A stretch of DNA of 59,295 bases, counting the filler. It is 6 parts of 6 records of this genome, joined end to end, with 100 filler letters (N's around TTAATTAATTAA, not from the genome) between each part and the next. Parts side by side here need not be neighbours in the genome. Positions count along the whole stretch, not along the records: positions 1 to 10,147 come from SRR2962707_5196; positions 10,248 to 15,858 come from SRR2962707_5202; 4 more parts are not named here. One strand, given 5' to 3'. Position 1 is the stretch's first letter; each line of letters starts with the position of its first letter. The notes below the pieces were generated by a model, which ran no database searches, had not been told where the DNA came from, and saw nothing but the letters and a program-made list of their open reading frames with translations. Shown piece by piece: positions 1 through 11,759 of this stretch. The translations under genes and the position numbers were made by a program.

Positions 1-4
1 CGAA

Positions 5-51
5 CGGACGGACGGACGGACGGACGGACGACCGGACGGACGGACGGACGG
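5..51 (+). repeat. (GGAC)n tetranucleotide microsatellite at contig edge
   Basis: Directly visible ggacggacggac... with one interruption; typical cause of an assembly break. Confidence 0.9.
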
Positions 52-480
52 AGCCTCGCTCGCGCAGACTCGCGAAGACGAAGGCGAAGACGAAGACCCA
101 CTCACGCACGAAGCCCTGCGTCACAAACGAAGCGGAGAAGGTGCGGGAGAGCAGAGCAGAGCTCGAAACGAATGATTTTTTGTTGGATTCATGCTTGCTT
201 GTTGAGGGTTGTCTCTGGGTGGCGGGGTGCGAGAACGAAAAGTTGCAAGGACGAAAACGAAAAGTTGCAAGGACGCGTCCTGCTACCTCGTGTGCCGGTC
301 ACACCGTTGCAGGGGGATGACGTCTTTCGTCGTCCGAAGAACACCCCGGTTCGCCCTCACTCACACGTTGTGGACAGGCCTCGCATGCTTCTTCGTTTCT
401 ACCGAATGAAGCGTTGCTTCACTTCGCGTGCCAGCCGAATGAGGGCCTGATAGTAGAGGCTCACTCGAGATCGAGTGAGC

Positions 481-3400
481 ATGCCGGTGCTGCACAAAGT
501 TCATTCTGTGCAGTCAGTGCAGCAAAGCCGAAGCCTCAGTGGCAGCACCCCCCAAAAGCCTTCACACAATGCTTGTGTTGACAGTGCGCTGTTTTTGTGC
601 CTGGTTGGTGTTTCATCGTGGGCGGTCATGTTCTTGTTCTACTCGCTGGTTGTTGACGCCGTCGTTACTGCGCAAGAAGGGTCTTTTGCGAACGTGGCGC
701 GAGTTGATGCATCAGACTCAAACACATTCTTGAATGCAACTCTGAACGAAGCCTACGAAGCAGCAACGTTTGCGACCATTCTATTCCAGGAGTACAATGA
801 CGGATTTTTCGATGCAGCTCTGCTCGGCTGGGAGTCGACAGTGTGGACAACGGCAGGGGTGCTGGCCAAGTCCTTGAGCTACTACCACTCACTGTCATCG
901 CTCGTGGCAGTGTCAGGAGATGGAACCGTCGTTGTGGTGGCACATGCGCCCCATTCATCGAGTCATCCATTGCTGGGGGACTTCTCAGTCCACGTTGTAG
1001 ATGCCTCAAACGTAAGCGACCCAGTCGTCTTTGTGGGTGAGTTCAGCGGTGCGAGCGCAGCTCTTGTTCCATCGTGGAACAGCAGCATTGACAGCTCGCT
1101 TACCTCGATAGCGTTTTCCGCACATCCTGCAATTCTGAGCATCCTGCAGCATTCGCCGATTTCCGACGACCTATTGCATTTTGGTCAGGCTTGGCAGGTT
1201 GCAGACACACCGCTTTTGGTTGCCCCAGACCACAGCGCTCCAGTGGTCACGTATGCAGCGAATGTTTCGACAAAATGTGTTCGCAATTGCAACGCAAGCT
1301 CAGTCCACTACGTGCATTCAGCTCGGGCGAAACCAGTAACTGTGATAGCTGAACTTGAGGTTTCGACGCTGCAGGCGCAATTGGTCAAATGGGTGTCGAA
1401 ATATAGCGCGTTTGTTGGGCTCCCTGTCGACTTTGAGTACACACTCAACGGAAAAATGGTTGCCTCGGTCACGCAATTGAATGCTACTGGAACAGAATCA
1501 TGGTCAGAACTTGACACCCAGTACAACCACCTCACCACCAATGCAAGCAGAACGAGTGGGCAAGGGGCTATTCCCACAATATGCTCGGCTGGTTATGGGG
1601 AATCCATGCACGTTGGCGCTGCATCTTCGGCCTGGAATGTAAGTCTTGCCTTCATGGATGTGTCAAAAAACTTTTCCTCCGCATGGGGAGCAACTCGCCT
1701 CGTCCCAGACTCGATTTTGGCAAACTACTATGCCCTATCAGCACGGAACATAGCGCGGCTGGCCCACCCAAGAGTATCATGGGCGTCTGTCGAGCCTCCT
1801 GCGCACCACCGCACTGACGGGCTTGTGGAATTTCCCAATGCCACTACATTTCCCTCCATTACTACGCGCAACTCCTCTTCTCCGTCGACTCCTTGGACTC
1901 AGGTGGATTGGGAGATTCAGCTTCCATGCTACGATCCGCGTTCCACAGTGAAGCTAGCAATGTCGGCAGAGTCGATGTGAGTACATTTGAGCCATCGATT
2001 GTGTGAGCGCAAACACATGTTAGCTTCCTTGTGGCAGTGGTGATGGATGGGCCCACTGCTCCGTGAATGGCTTGGTGCTTGCTGTGCTGTGCTGTATAGA
2101 TTTGCGGCCCAACGAATGGGCTTTGTTGGGCGAACGGTACAAATCGTGTCGCTAGTTTGCGAGCTACTGGCTCTGTTGCTTGTACTTGCAGCTGCTGCTG
2201 TTTTTGTTTTTTGCGTTGATGAAACCAACTCAAGCGGGGCTGCTTCAACCACCGCCGACCGTAGAGAAAAAGTCTCGAGAAAGTGGGAGAAGGTCCAACT
2301 GTTTGTCTTGCAGAAACGGCGCAAGCAGCTTAATACGCGGTTGATCACGCACCAAGCACTGCTCTTGTGTGCAATGGCAATGTTCGTACTGTGGCTAGAA
2401 TACATACGTTGTGCTGCCACCCGAATGTGCGCATTGGCGGGAATTTCGTCACTTGAAAAATCGCTTGGGACCGTGAACTGGCCAGGTATCTGGCTGGGGC
2501 ATTCTTGATGATATGGTGGAAGCCGACAATTGTACGCCCTCTTGTGGCAGCGTCGTTTGAAGCCCACGCTCGTATTGTTCAGTTTGAGGTTTCCGAAATT
2601 TTTGAGCGGGCTGAACAGTTCAGCCTCATGACCAGCTCTGCCTTGACACTTGACAATGTGTTTAACCTCACGAGTTCTGCAGTTGCAGCCAGTGTTTCGT
2701 ATGTTTCCAAGCTTGGCATTTTGCTGTGCATTTTCGTTGTTGTCGGCTTGTGTTCATGAAAGAACGCAGCATGCGTGAATTGTTGTGATCCTGCGTCGAG
2801 CTTTGAATCGCCTCATCAAAACCTTGTGCTGCACTGAATGTCGACGACATTGCTTCGCTCTGCCATCCGTGCCTTTTGCTCAGCGGTGACGACGAATTGT
2901 TATCACTAGGCTCCTGCCTCCAGTTGCTGGACACGGAGTCCGGTGCTGCCGAGCAGTGCCTTTTCGGCTACAACTTTGTTCGCAATTCAACCATCCAATT
3001 GAAGCTGCTTCAATTCTTTGCCAGCGTAACGCATGACTTTGTCGCAGAAATTTTGCTTGTGCCAAGCAGCAATTCTTTTGTCCAAGTTTCACGGTACATC
3101 CATGTCATGCTTGGGTAGCACACTTGCAGTCACGTGTCGGTGCAGTTCCCCTTGTAATCGCTTGCAATGAAATGCGTCACGCATTAAGGATATACGTATG
3201 TGTCTGCACATTGAAGATACACGCTGGAAGATGAGGATGACCCTGGTGACGTGGATACCGAGTACATCAAGCTAATTCGTGCCCGCACTGTGAACATCGC
3301 AGACGCCAACACCGCATCGGTTTCATGTCAGGTCGATTTAGCCATGCCAGGCGATGGAGGCAGTGGCATCGCTGCTCAAGAGTTCGTCGCGGCGCAGCTG

Positions 3401-6400
3401 GTGGTTGCCAAGAAAGTGCCGTTGTGCGGCGTTGCTGTTGATGTTATTTGGTTTTTGTGCATGCATGGCCGTGCGTGGCCTAGTTTTTATAAAGAGATCG
3501 ACGACAATGATGAAAACGGCTCCACTTTTTACAACGGCACTATTGACGTTCCAGACTCTGTGTGCGCTGCAATGTGCGTCAATTACCTTTGTCAAGTACA
3601 TGCTCTGCTGATCAGGGTGCACATTGACGTGATTGCAAAGTGTTGCGCCTTGTCCAATCCGGTATCCTTTCATTGCGTCGTTTCATTGAACCCACACAAA
3701 CCGCAGGTACACCCAATCTGTCGCTTCTGAGCTTGCTGGCTGGTCAGAAGTGCGCCAATTCAACATATCAAGAGTCCAGTCCTACTTTCCTCACATGGAA
3801 GGAACCGCACGGAGCAAGCTGATCACCTCATACGTGTCCAAATGGGACACCGCCCTATCGTTGTCGTCTGGGACCGCATTTGGTGGAGACACGTCTTCAC
3901 CTGTCCAGCAGCTCGACTCTTTCGTCGTCTTTGGAGGTGATTTGCACGCCATCAGCGTTGTGTTGGAAGGTGAGTCTACGCTCTGGGAAGGCACGGTGGC
4001 ATACTTGAGCCAGGACCAATACGGCGGTCTTCTCATTGCAGCATCTACCAGCGATGTTGTCCACGAGAACGGCTATCGCCTCGAAGCAGAAGATTCAGGG
4101 AGTTTATTAGTTTCAAAGACAGCAACAAGTTTACACGCGTGGCATAGCGCCGGGATGTCTGTTTTGGCGAGCGATTGGATGCTGGAAGAATGGTACTCGA
4201 ACAATCAGAACGCCACGTCCAGTTCCGCACGTGAACCTGATCCACGCGGGAGCGTGCAAGACGACTCCGCTTGCGCACCCATTCTTGACACTTCGGGGAG
4301 TGCGATTTTTGCCCATGCAGGGTCCGTCTTGCATTCATCTGCGTGAACGAATTTGATCTCAACCTCATTCAGTGCTTGATTGGCCAATCGCACATTTCAC
4401 TACCTGTCACCCAGGTATCTGACGGCCAGGGGTGCACAGCAAGTGCCAACGCCTGTGTCCTTACTTCCGTACATCATGCCTTCCATCAACGGACGCCGCT
4501 TCAAGGATTCTGCTGGCAGCATTTCAGTCGGCGTTGCCGATGGGCTAGCGGGAGCTGGCACATCTTTGGAAGAAGACTTGCGGTTCTGCTTTGTAACATC
4601 CGTGCCAATCAAACACCAGTTACTTATCCGCGAAGCGTCCGAAGCCCTGTTGTGTCTCGTGTTCTCCGTCCTTTTGTGCTTTGGAATATTCAACGTCGGC
4701 CGCGTTGCATTCAATCATGGTCGCCGAGAGAATGTGAACAAAATCTTACGGGTTGGATCATGGAAGACAAAACACGGCTCAGTTGCTTATTACGAAGAGC
4801 TTGACGAAAAGATCGACGAATTCCGTGAGGCCCTTGGTGATTTATCGAGTCGGGTTCGTCAGTGCATTGGTGATATTTCGAGCTGGTATGTTTTTGCTTG
4901 GAAATCTAGGTTCTTGTTTATTTGCTCGTGACTGCGCAATGGTGGTTGCTGCCCTTGTCAGGAAAGAATTGAACGAGCTTCAATGTACATTGAATCCCTA
5001 AACGACTCGGACTCAGACAGTACGAAGCGCGTTGCGCGTGAGCTATACTACGACCGCACAAGCATCAAGTGGCCTCTCACCCTGTACGACATTTATTCAT
5101 CGAACTGGTACGCATCGTACTGCCGCACATGCTTGCATTCAAGCCGTCACGCCGATGAGCGCATTTCTTCTGTGGTTCTCACCCGCACGTATGCACAACT
5201 TCGCGCTACTGGTGCTTTTTACGATGGTGTTCCTAGGTATTCACTGGTCATGCATCTTGCTTGCCTGGTGCTTATCGTTCTCATCGCCTTTGAGCCACCA
5301 AATGCAGAGCTTGCCTGTGCGCGGCCAGCGTTCTACGTCGGTGTTGATGCGTGCAACACCTCACTGATTTGGGAAGCTGAATCACCTCCTAAATGGGTGA
5401 TTCTTCTCACGGTTGAGGCCGTCACGAATACCTTTCTCTTGGTTGATATCGTTATTCGTGCTTTGACGTACGTTGAGATGCGAACCACATTGCTGTTGTA
5501 CGTCACCCACAGAAGCGAAAAATAATGTGCTTGCTTCACCTCGCATTATTCTTACGGATGGGCATTAGATACGGCATTGGATCCTGGGCGCCCATCAAAA
5601 ACGTAGACGACCATTTCAAGCCTGAACGACGCGACGTCACAATGACACGCTTTGCGTTTCAATCCTTGCTCTGGCTTGACTTTGTAATGGCTGCGATCTG
5701 GGGACCGTTTGAGTGCGTTATCATCCTGGCACTGTGAAGGGTTTGTCGTGACACCTGCGCAATTCACACTTACAGTTGTCACTGCCACTTGCAACTGCTG
5801 CTGCAACGATATGTGATGGCAGGTATATGCGCTTTTTTCGGTTCTTACGTCCGTTGCTATACATCTGGCGCTTTGAGCCGTACCGAAACTCTCTCATGCA
5901 CTTTTTTCAAACGGTGACTGGCGTTGGGAGCGTCATTGCTTTAGTCTTTATTGTCATCTTTGTGGGTGCCACCATTGCACGCGCCGGATTTGAAGGCTCA
6001 ATGAGCACTTCCCCTGACACAGAGTTTCAGCTGTTGGTTCTTAACGTCGACACGGGCTTCCAGGCTTTCCTCACCATGTTTACGCTTATGACTACTGGAG
6101 AAAATATCATGGACCTGGTGTATGGCGTAAGTGACACATCACAGGCGTGGCTACGAGAGTACGTGTATGGTGCTGTCGGCGACCGCTGAGGTTCTTTGGA
6201 TTGCGCCAGGCACAAGTACGATCGGTGCCGATGAATTGGTCCTATTCTCACATTTCATTGGCATGTGTGACTGCAGGTACTTGGCCCCTTTTCTATTCTT
6301 CCCCCTGTGCATGGTGGGCATTTACCTCCTCGCAGGTCTCATGATCGCAGGCTTTCAGGAAGAATTCATGCAACGCTTTATGGACAAGGTATTAGCAGTG

Positions 6401-9400
6401 GGTTCGCATTCTGTGCTCGCTCGATTGCCCTTTCGGCCTTGTTCAAGTTGAATTTGTGCAATTTTCATTCGTGAATTGTTCTGTGTCCCAGGTTGACAAG
6501 CGCGAGCGAAAATTTGATGATGTGTGTGCATATGCGTACGCGCTCCTGGACACCAACGAGTCTGGAAGTCTGAGCCATTCGGAATTTCGCAGCTTCATTA
6601 AAAACATCATGGCAAAAAGGACGCGATACGACCTGCAGGAGTGTTGCGGGGGCGGCGAAACCGCACCAGAAGGTAATTGGGTCCAGTTCATGTTGCTTGT
6701 GTGCCATTTTGTTCATCGAAACCGCAATGAAGATTTTTTCTGTCTCGTCGTGTGACTGGAACCGAATGGCGTTGTTGATTCCGTGCAATCCTCTCGCGCT
6801 GAGACATGTTTGAACGGCTGTATGGCAGATACTTCCGCTATTCCACCCAACAAAGTCATCCCAATCGATCTTCGCCGTGATGGGTCCAAGGACGGGACGC
6901 ACATCCAAGGCGCTCAGGTACAAGCTGCACTTAAGTGGAAAAACAAGGCGAAGGATAAAGTGAGCGAGAAGGAGTCACAAGAAGCTGCGCTCGTGGATTC
7001 GGTATTCGACGTAATCACATTCGACCCCAATGCCATGGACGATGATGTGGACGATGGCGTAGTCGCAACGGAGGCCGCTGCTTCCAAAGCTGAGACCAAC
7101 ACCAATGCGTCGTCTGCTGCGAAAGTCCAATCAAACACCCATCGCCGCTTGTCACTTGTATGTCACGTTTTGCTGTGCCGTGTAATGTATTGTTCCTCAC
7201 GAATGAACTTTGTGATACTTTGCTTGGACAACATTTTGCACATTAATACTGACAACAGTAATGCTGTGGGTTCCATGTGCATTGCCTCCATGCTCCATGT
7301 AGATGCACGGGTCAAATCATGCTGAGTACACAGCAGGAGACGACCATGTTCCATTGCAGCAGTTCATCCATATCGTGAAGAAGTGGAACTCGTTCCGCCA
7401 ACACTATACTGTTAAGGAGTTAGCTGTTGCGCTCCAATTTTTTGTGTCTGGCAGTGGGGCCGGTGGAACCCAAGCAACTGCAGGACGAAGCAAAGGCCAA
7501 GCATCAGCGCGATCCGTCGCGAATCGCCTTTGGTTCGGGAAGTTCCTTTATGGGCCTGTGGGACGTGCTCGCGTGGCAGTGCAAGCCATCATTGCAAATC
7601 CCATCTTCACTTGGGCAACGACCACGTGCTCCATCTTCTACGTGCCATTGTTGGGCTTCACGGTTTCAGTTCTCGACACGCCTATCAACGATGACGTTCA
7701 CGACGATGATGCGATTCGAAACACGACAGCGAATGGAGAGGCCGTTCTCAGTTGGTCTGAGGCCGTGTATTGGACTGAGTACATTGTGTGGGCTTTTTTG
7801 GTGCTCTTTGCGGTCGAATTTGCCCTGAAGCTCTTCGCGCACACACCTCTTCGTTTCTGGAATCATTACGACCTTGGGCTCCGCTACATCAATCGCGTGG
7901 ACCTGACCATGTTTTGTTCTTGTACTACAGCGTACGTTCAATCCCTTCTTCAGCCGTCAGTGCACAGCTGTTGAGCACGAGATCACGCTCACACGCACAT
8001 GTCAAAAATGTCCTTGCCGTTAAATAGGTACGTGATCAGCCTTACTATGCTGAATGCACAACGGACGGTTTTTGAGCTCCGCTTCATCTGGTTATCAGTG
8101 GTGTCGCTTCGAACCACGTTTCTGGTGGAAAAAGTGCGGAAGTCTGTCATCATGATGGGCATCGCAATGCCGCACTTCGCCTCAATCCTCATGGTGCACG
8201 TCGCACTTCTTCTACTCTTTGCGCTGATGTGCATGGAAATGCTTGGTGGAAAGTTTAGCCCTGTCTTTAACACGGAGCCAGTTTGCCATTTTGACAATCT
8301 TGGTGCCTCCATGACCACGTTTTTCACACTCATGATTGGCGAAGGCTGGCAGTACGTGTTCGCAAGTGTATCTTTGTGTGATGCGGAAGTTTGAGATGTT
8401 CGTGCTGCTATTGGCGATTGAGTTGAACATTGGCTTGATCCAACTGGGCTAAATCTGTGATGTAGGTACGTGATGATTAAAGGTATCGACGGCAACTTGC
8501 AGATGGAACTTCTCATGGTATTTTTCGTCGTTTATACCATGATGGCAACACTTATCATTGTCAACTTGATGATGGGCATCGTTGTCGATCTCGTCGTGTC
8601 GCTGCAATCAGCTTCAGAGAAGGAACTTTGGTTTGACTCTGCGAAAGCGCTTACAGACAAATACGCTGCAAAGAGCACAGTCGTTCACGATCCCGTGCTG
8701 GCGGTGCTTCTGAGAAAGCAGAAGATCAAGTCCAAAAAGGACAAAAGCGACACTCGCCACAGTGACCATATCAACTATCAAAATGCTCGAAGTAGCATTG
8801 CCGCGCTTGTTAGCAGTGCACCACATGATGAAGGCGAAAACGTCCTTGCTGCGGAAGATCTTGCTGCACTGGAGCGACCTCCAGAAGAAGCAATAGGGCC
8901 GACGTTCAGCATTCTCACGCGCGCCCTCGCGACATACGTGCACCACAAACAAAAGGTACAGCGAGCGAAGGCGTTCGGACTTGACTCATCCGACTCTGAT
9001 TTGGATTCTGACCTCGAAGCGGCGGAGAAACTTGCAAGAAAGCGAGAGCGCCGGGCAAGGCGAAGGGCCAGTGGCTCGAAACAGACATCGTCTTCTGACA
9101 CTTCTTCTAGCGACGATACTGAACAGAAGCAAAGCGACAGTCGCGGCAAGAATAAGAAAAAGGTGAGAAAGAGCAAACAAAAAACGAACAATGAGGCACT
9201 TCCCAATGGACAAGATGGCGAGGACGCAAAGCAAGTGGAATTTCCAGTTCCAACGGCAACGAGACAAGTCGCCATCGCAGTCGGTGCTAATCCAGATACG
9301 GTGGCGACAGCTGCGTTGAAGGAACAAGAGCAACGCTTGCGCCAATGGGAGGCGAGGCTCCAACGTAGGGATGCAGAACTGACCTCTCGCGAACAACGTC

Positions 9401-9804
9401 TCCAGCGAGACCAAACGCAACTACAGCGGGATCGCCAGCAGCCGCTGCGTTCGCCTTCGCAGGCGCCGCAGCTGCGAGCTGAGGATCACAATTTGAAAAA
9501 AACGAAAAAGCGAAATCCGAAATCTGCAGCACCTGTGAATACTTTGCCAGAGGGGAAGCTCACCATTGGCGGCTTTGGTGGTTCTTTCGAAGAGCGTGCT
9601 GAAAAAATGCAGCGCCTCGAGGCGAAAATCGAGAAGCGAAAGGACGATGAAGCAAAGCGGCGCAAAAAGTGGAAAAAAAAATCACAAAGTCGCCATGCTG
9701 CAGATCAAACTGTCAACGATGGCGTTGCGCGTACGGACTCGAGCAACAGTCGGCGGAGACCGCGTAAGGTGCGCAAACCCGTGGCAAATGTCCACCGCAG
9801 CTGA
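481..9804 (+). CDS. Multi-exon eukaryotic gene: two-repeat (TPC-like) voltage-gated cation channel with long N-terminal TM/extracellular extension; exon boundaries only partly resolved
   Basis: Repeat I: S1 end LIAFEPP, S4 YMRFFRFLRPLL, pore FLTMFTLMTTGEN, S6 FFPLCMVGIYLLAGLMIA. Linker EF-hand DTNESGSLSHSEF (6549-6587). Repeat II: S2 FAVEFALKLFA, pore HFDNLGASMTTFFTLMIGEGW, S6 FFVVYTMMATLIIVNLMMGIVVD, then a charged coiled-coil tail. Frame changes coincide with GT..AG introns (e.g. 1977-2037, 4322-4414, 4854-4961, 5108-5236). The channel call is strong; a single transcript from 481 is inferred. Confidence 0.75.
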
Positions 9805-9978
9805 TGCGTCCAACGCGAGTCCCTGGGCCAACTGCTGGAACGGCGGATCATCTGTGTTTGTGTTTATAAATTATCACGTATTCATCACGAACAGTGTCGA
9901 TAAGTTCTGCCGAGCCTACTGAGCCACGCGTTGCACCATTCACCTTTTGTAGCCCCTAAAAATGCAGCGCATGCATTC

Positions 9979-10080
9979 CTAGGTCTGCCAGAAAGAGTCC
10001 TCGGCCCCTTCCGAGTCGTAGTCGTCCTCGTGCGGACTGGCTGCGAACGCCAGAGAGTTGCTCCAAGGTAAGGTGCTCTG
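9979..10080 (-). CDS. Possible last exon of a convergent eukaryotic gene (STLPWSNSLAFAASPHEDDYDSEGAEDSFWQT*)
   Basis: Open, protein-like frame after a CTGCAG acceptor, ending at TAG 9979-9981; the rest lies beyond the contig edge. Confidence 0.3.
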   Translation of the reverse strand, partial: QSTLPWSNSLAFAASPHEDDYDSEGAEDSFWQT

Positions 10081-10147
10081 CAGGGTCGCAGGGATTGCGC
10101 TGTCTTACGCGTGCTACTTGGGATGCAGTGGATACGCCTATACTCGA

Positions 10148-10247
10148 NNNNNNNNNNNNNNNNNNNNNNNNNNNNNNNNNNNNNNNNNNNNTTAATTAAT
10201 TAANNNNNNNNNNNNNNNNNNNNNNNNNNNNNNNNNNNNNNNNNNNN
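10148..10247. other. Artificial contig linker (N44-TTAATTAATTAA-N44)
   Basis: Identical 100-nt spacer with stops in all six frames, repeated five times in the window; base composition changes abruptly across it. Confidence 0.99.
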
Positions 10248-10314
10248 GTTGGTTTATGGTTTGTCGTTTTTAGTTTTTGATAAAATGAAAATTCGAAAAA
10301 GCATAAGGATAAAA

Positions 10315-10427
10315 ATCTTTACTCTATACTCTTTATTTTTGCTTCCTTCGAACTTTTTACTTCCGTCTCCCGACTTCGGACTTCCGACTTTTTCAATCTT
10401 TCAATTCTTTAATCTTTTAATCAAATC
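10315..10427. repeat. Degenerate 7-8-mer pyrimidine-rich tandem repeats (cttccgt/ctcccga/cttcgga/cttccga; ttcaatct/ttcaattc/tttaatct)
   Basis: Visible short-period repeats downstream of the ligase gene. Confidence 0.6.
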
Positions 10428-10448
10428 ATAAGACTAAATACTGCACAG

Positions 10449-11711
10449 CTAATTCTTAATAACTCGACTACTTAAAATAGTACGTTCTTTGAGGAGGAGT
10501 GGAACCACAATAGAAAAGAAAACGATTCCGTTAAAACGCACCAACATAGATTCGAATATTAACGCTAGAAAAAGTGCTAAAAACACTGAAAACTCATTAA
10601 AACTTCTACGGGTATGCAACGTTAGATTGGTAAAAATAACCATTAAAACAAACACTCCAATCAATCCTGTTTGCAACCAAGTTTCTAAAAACTGATTATG
10701 GGCATTATATCTATGTTTATAATTTTCTGTATACCCTAAGTCGTTATAACCCTCTATCAAAACATCATGCGCATCCCCTACTCCATATCCAAATAAAGGA
10801 GCTACTTCAATAGTTTTTATGGCTGCCTTCCAAGACAACATTCTTTCTTTCCAAGAAATAGTAGGATTCACTTCAGCTACCTCATCTGGGAAGTTATTTA
10901 TAGGATTTACTATTCTAGGATTACTTATAAAAATAAGGGTACTTAAACCAAATACTAGAATTAATAAATACTTTTTGCTTTTATCTGCTACCTTAAGAAT
11001 CAATAAAATCGACATACAAAATAGTGTTATATAAGCTGCTTTGGAGGCCAATAAAAAAAGGTAGGCAAATAAAATAATAACTGTTAGAAACCGCCAAATA
11101 GTATTAAGTTCGTTTTTAAGGTAGTAGCTTAAAACTAATAAAATATACAAAGAAACATACCCTGGATTAATTAAACTCGAAAACTGTATATGCATAAAAA
11201 ATTTCCAGCCTATAGCTAAACTCTTCCAAAATGACACATTTGAAGGCAAACTATTTGCTATTAAAAAAGCATCATAAATTACAATGGTAAGGTTTATAAA
11301 AAAGGAAATTACTAATCCATACAGTAAAAAGTTAAAGAGCTTTCGAACAGATAACGCATCTTCTTTTAAAAAGAGAAATATTATTGGAAAGAGTAATAAA
11401 GTTAACGACCGCTGGATAAGATGCCAACCATCTGAAGTATTCTGAGTATAAATTATACTCACAACCAGTATTACAAAATATAAAGGAAAAAGTAATAATA
11501 CCCGATTTTTAGAATCGTACTTTTTTTCGCTTTTAAAAATATTAATACAACCACAAACAATAGCTACACTAATAAAAGGAGTAGGAATATTAATATCTAT
11601 AGGAAGAAAGAAAAAAGCAATGTACAAGCTATTCCAAAATATACGTTGCAACAAGCTGCTATTTTCATCTTGATAAAATGCAGCTTTTATGTTTTTTATA
11701 GTTGCAATCAA
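10449..11711 (-). CDS. O-antigen ligase / Wzy_C-family polysaccharide polymerase
   Basis: About 12 TM segments; periplasmic loop with R..SW, PLFGYGVG and YNAHNQFLETW (HN motif). Confidence 0.85.
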   Translation of the reverse strand: MIATIKNIKAAFYQDENSSLLQRIFWNSLYIAFFFLPIDINIPTPFISVAIVCGCINIFKSEKKYDSKNRVLLLFPLYFVILVVSIIYTQNTSDGWHLIQRSLTLLLFPIIFLFLKEDALSVRKLFNFLLYGLVISFFINLTIVIYDAFLIANSLPSNVSFWKSLAIGWKFFMHIQFSSLINPGYVSLYILLVLSYYLKNELNTIWRFLTVIILFAYLFLLASKAAYITLFCMSILLILKVADKSKKYLLILVFGLSTLIFISNPRIVNPINNFPDEVAEVNPTISWKERMLSWKAAIKTIEVAPLFGYGVGDAHDVLIEGYNDLGYTENYKHRYNAHNQFLETWLQTGLIGVFVLMVIFTNLTLHTRRSFNEFSVFLALFLALIFESMLVRFNGIVFFSIVVPLLLKERTILSSRVIKN

Positions 11712-11759
11712 TAGTATTTTAGTTTTTTATATTATAAGTGTTATTTAATTAAAAGCCCT

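Noticed and set aside
1980-8470. Alternative genetic code, frameshifting or pseudogenisation to explain fragmented ORFs in the eukaryotic contigs
   Set aside because: Where checked, the breaks are flanked by GT..AG sites whose removal restores the frame and conserved motifs; ordinary splicing suffices.
10192-10203. Recurring TTAATTAATTAA motif as a biological repeat or recombination site
   Set aside because: Always centred in exactly 44+44 N; it is a synthetic six-frame-stop linker.
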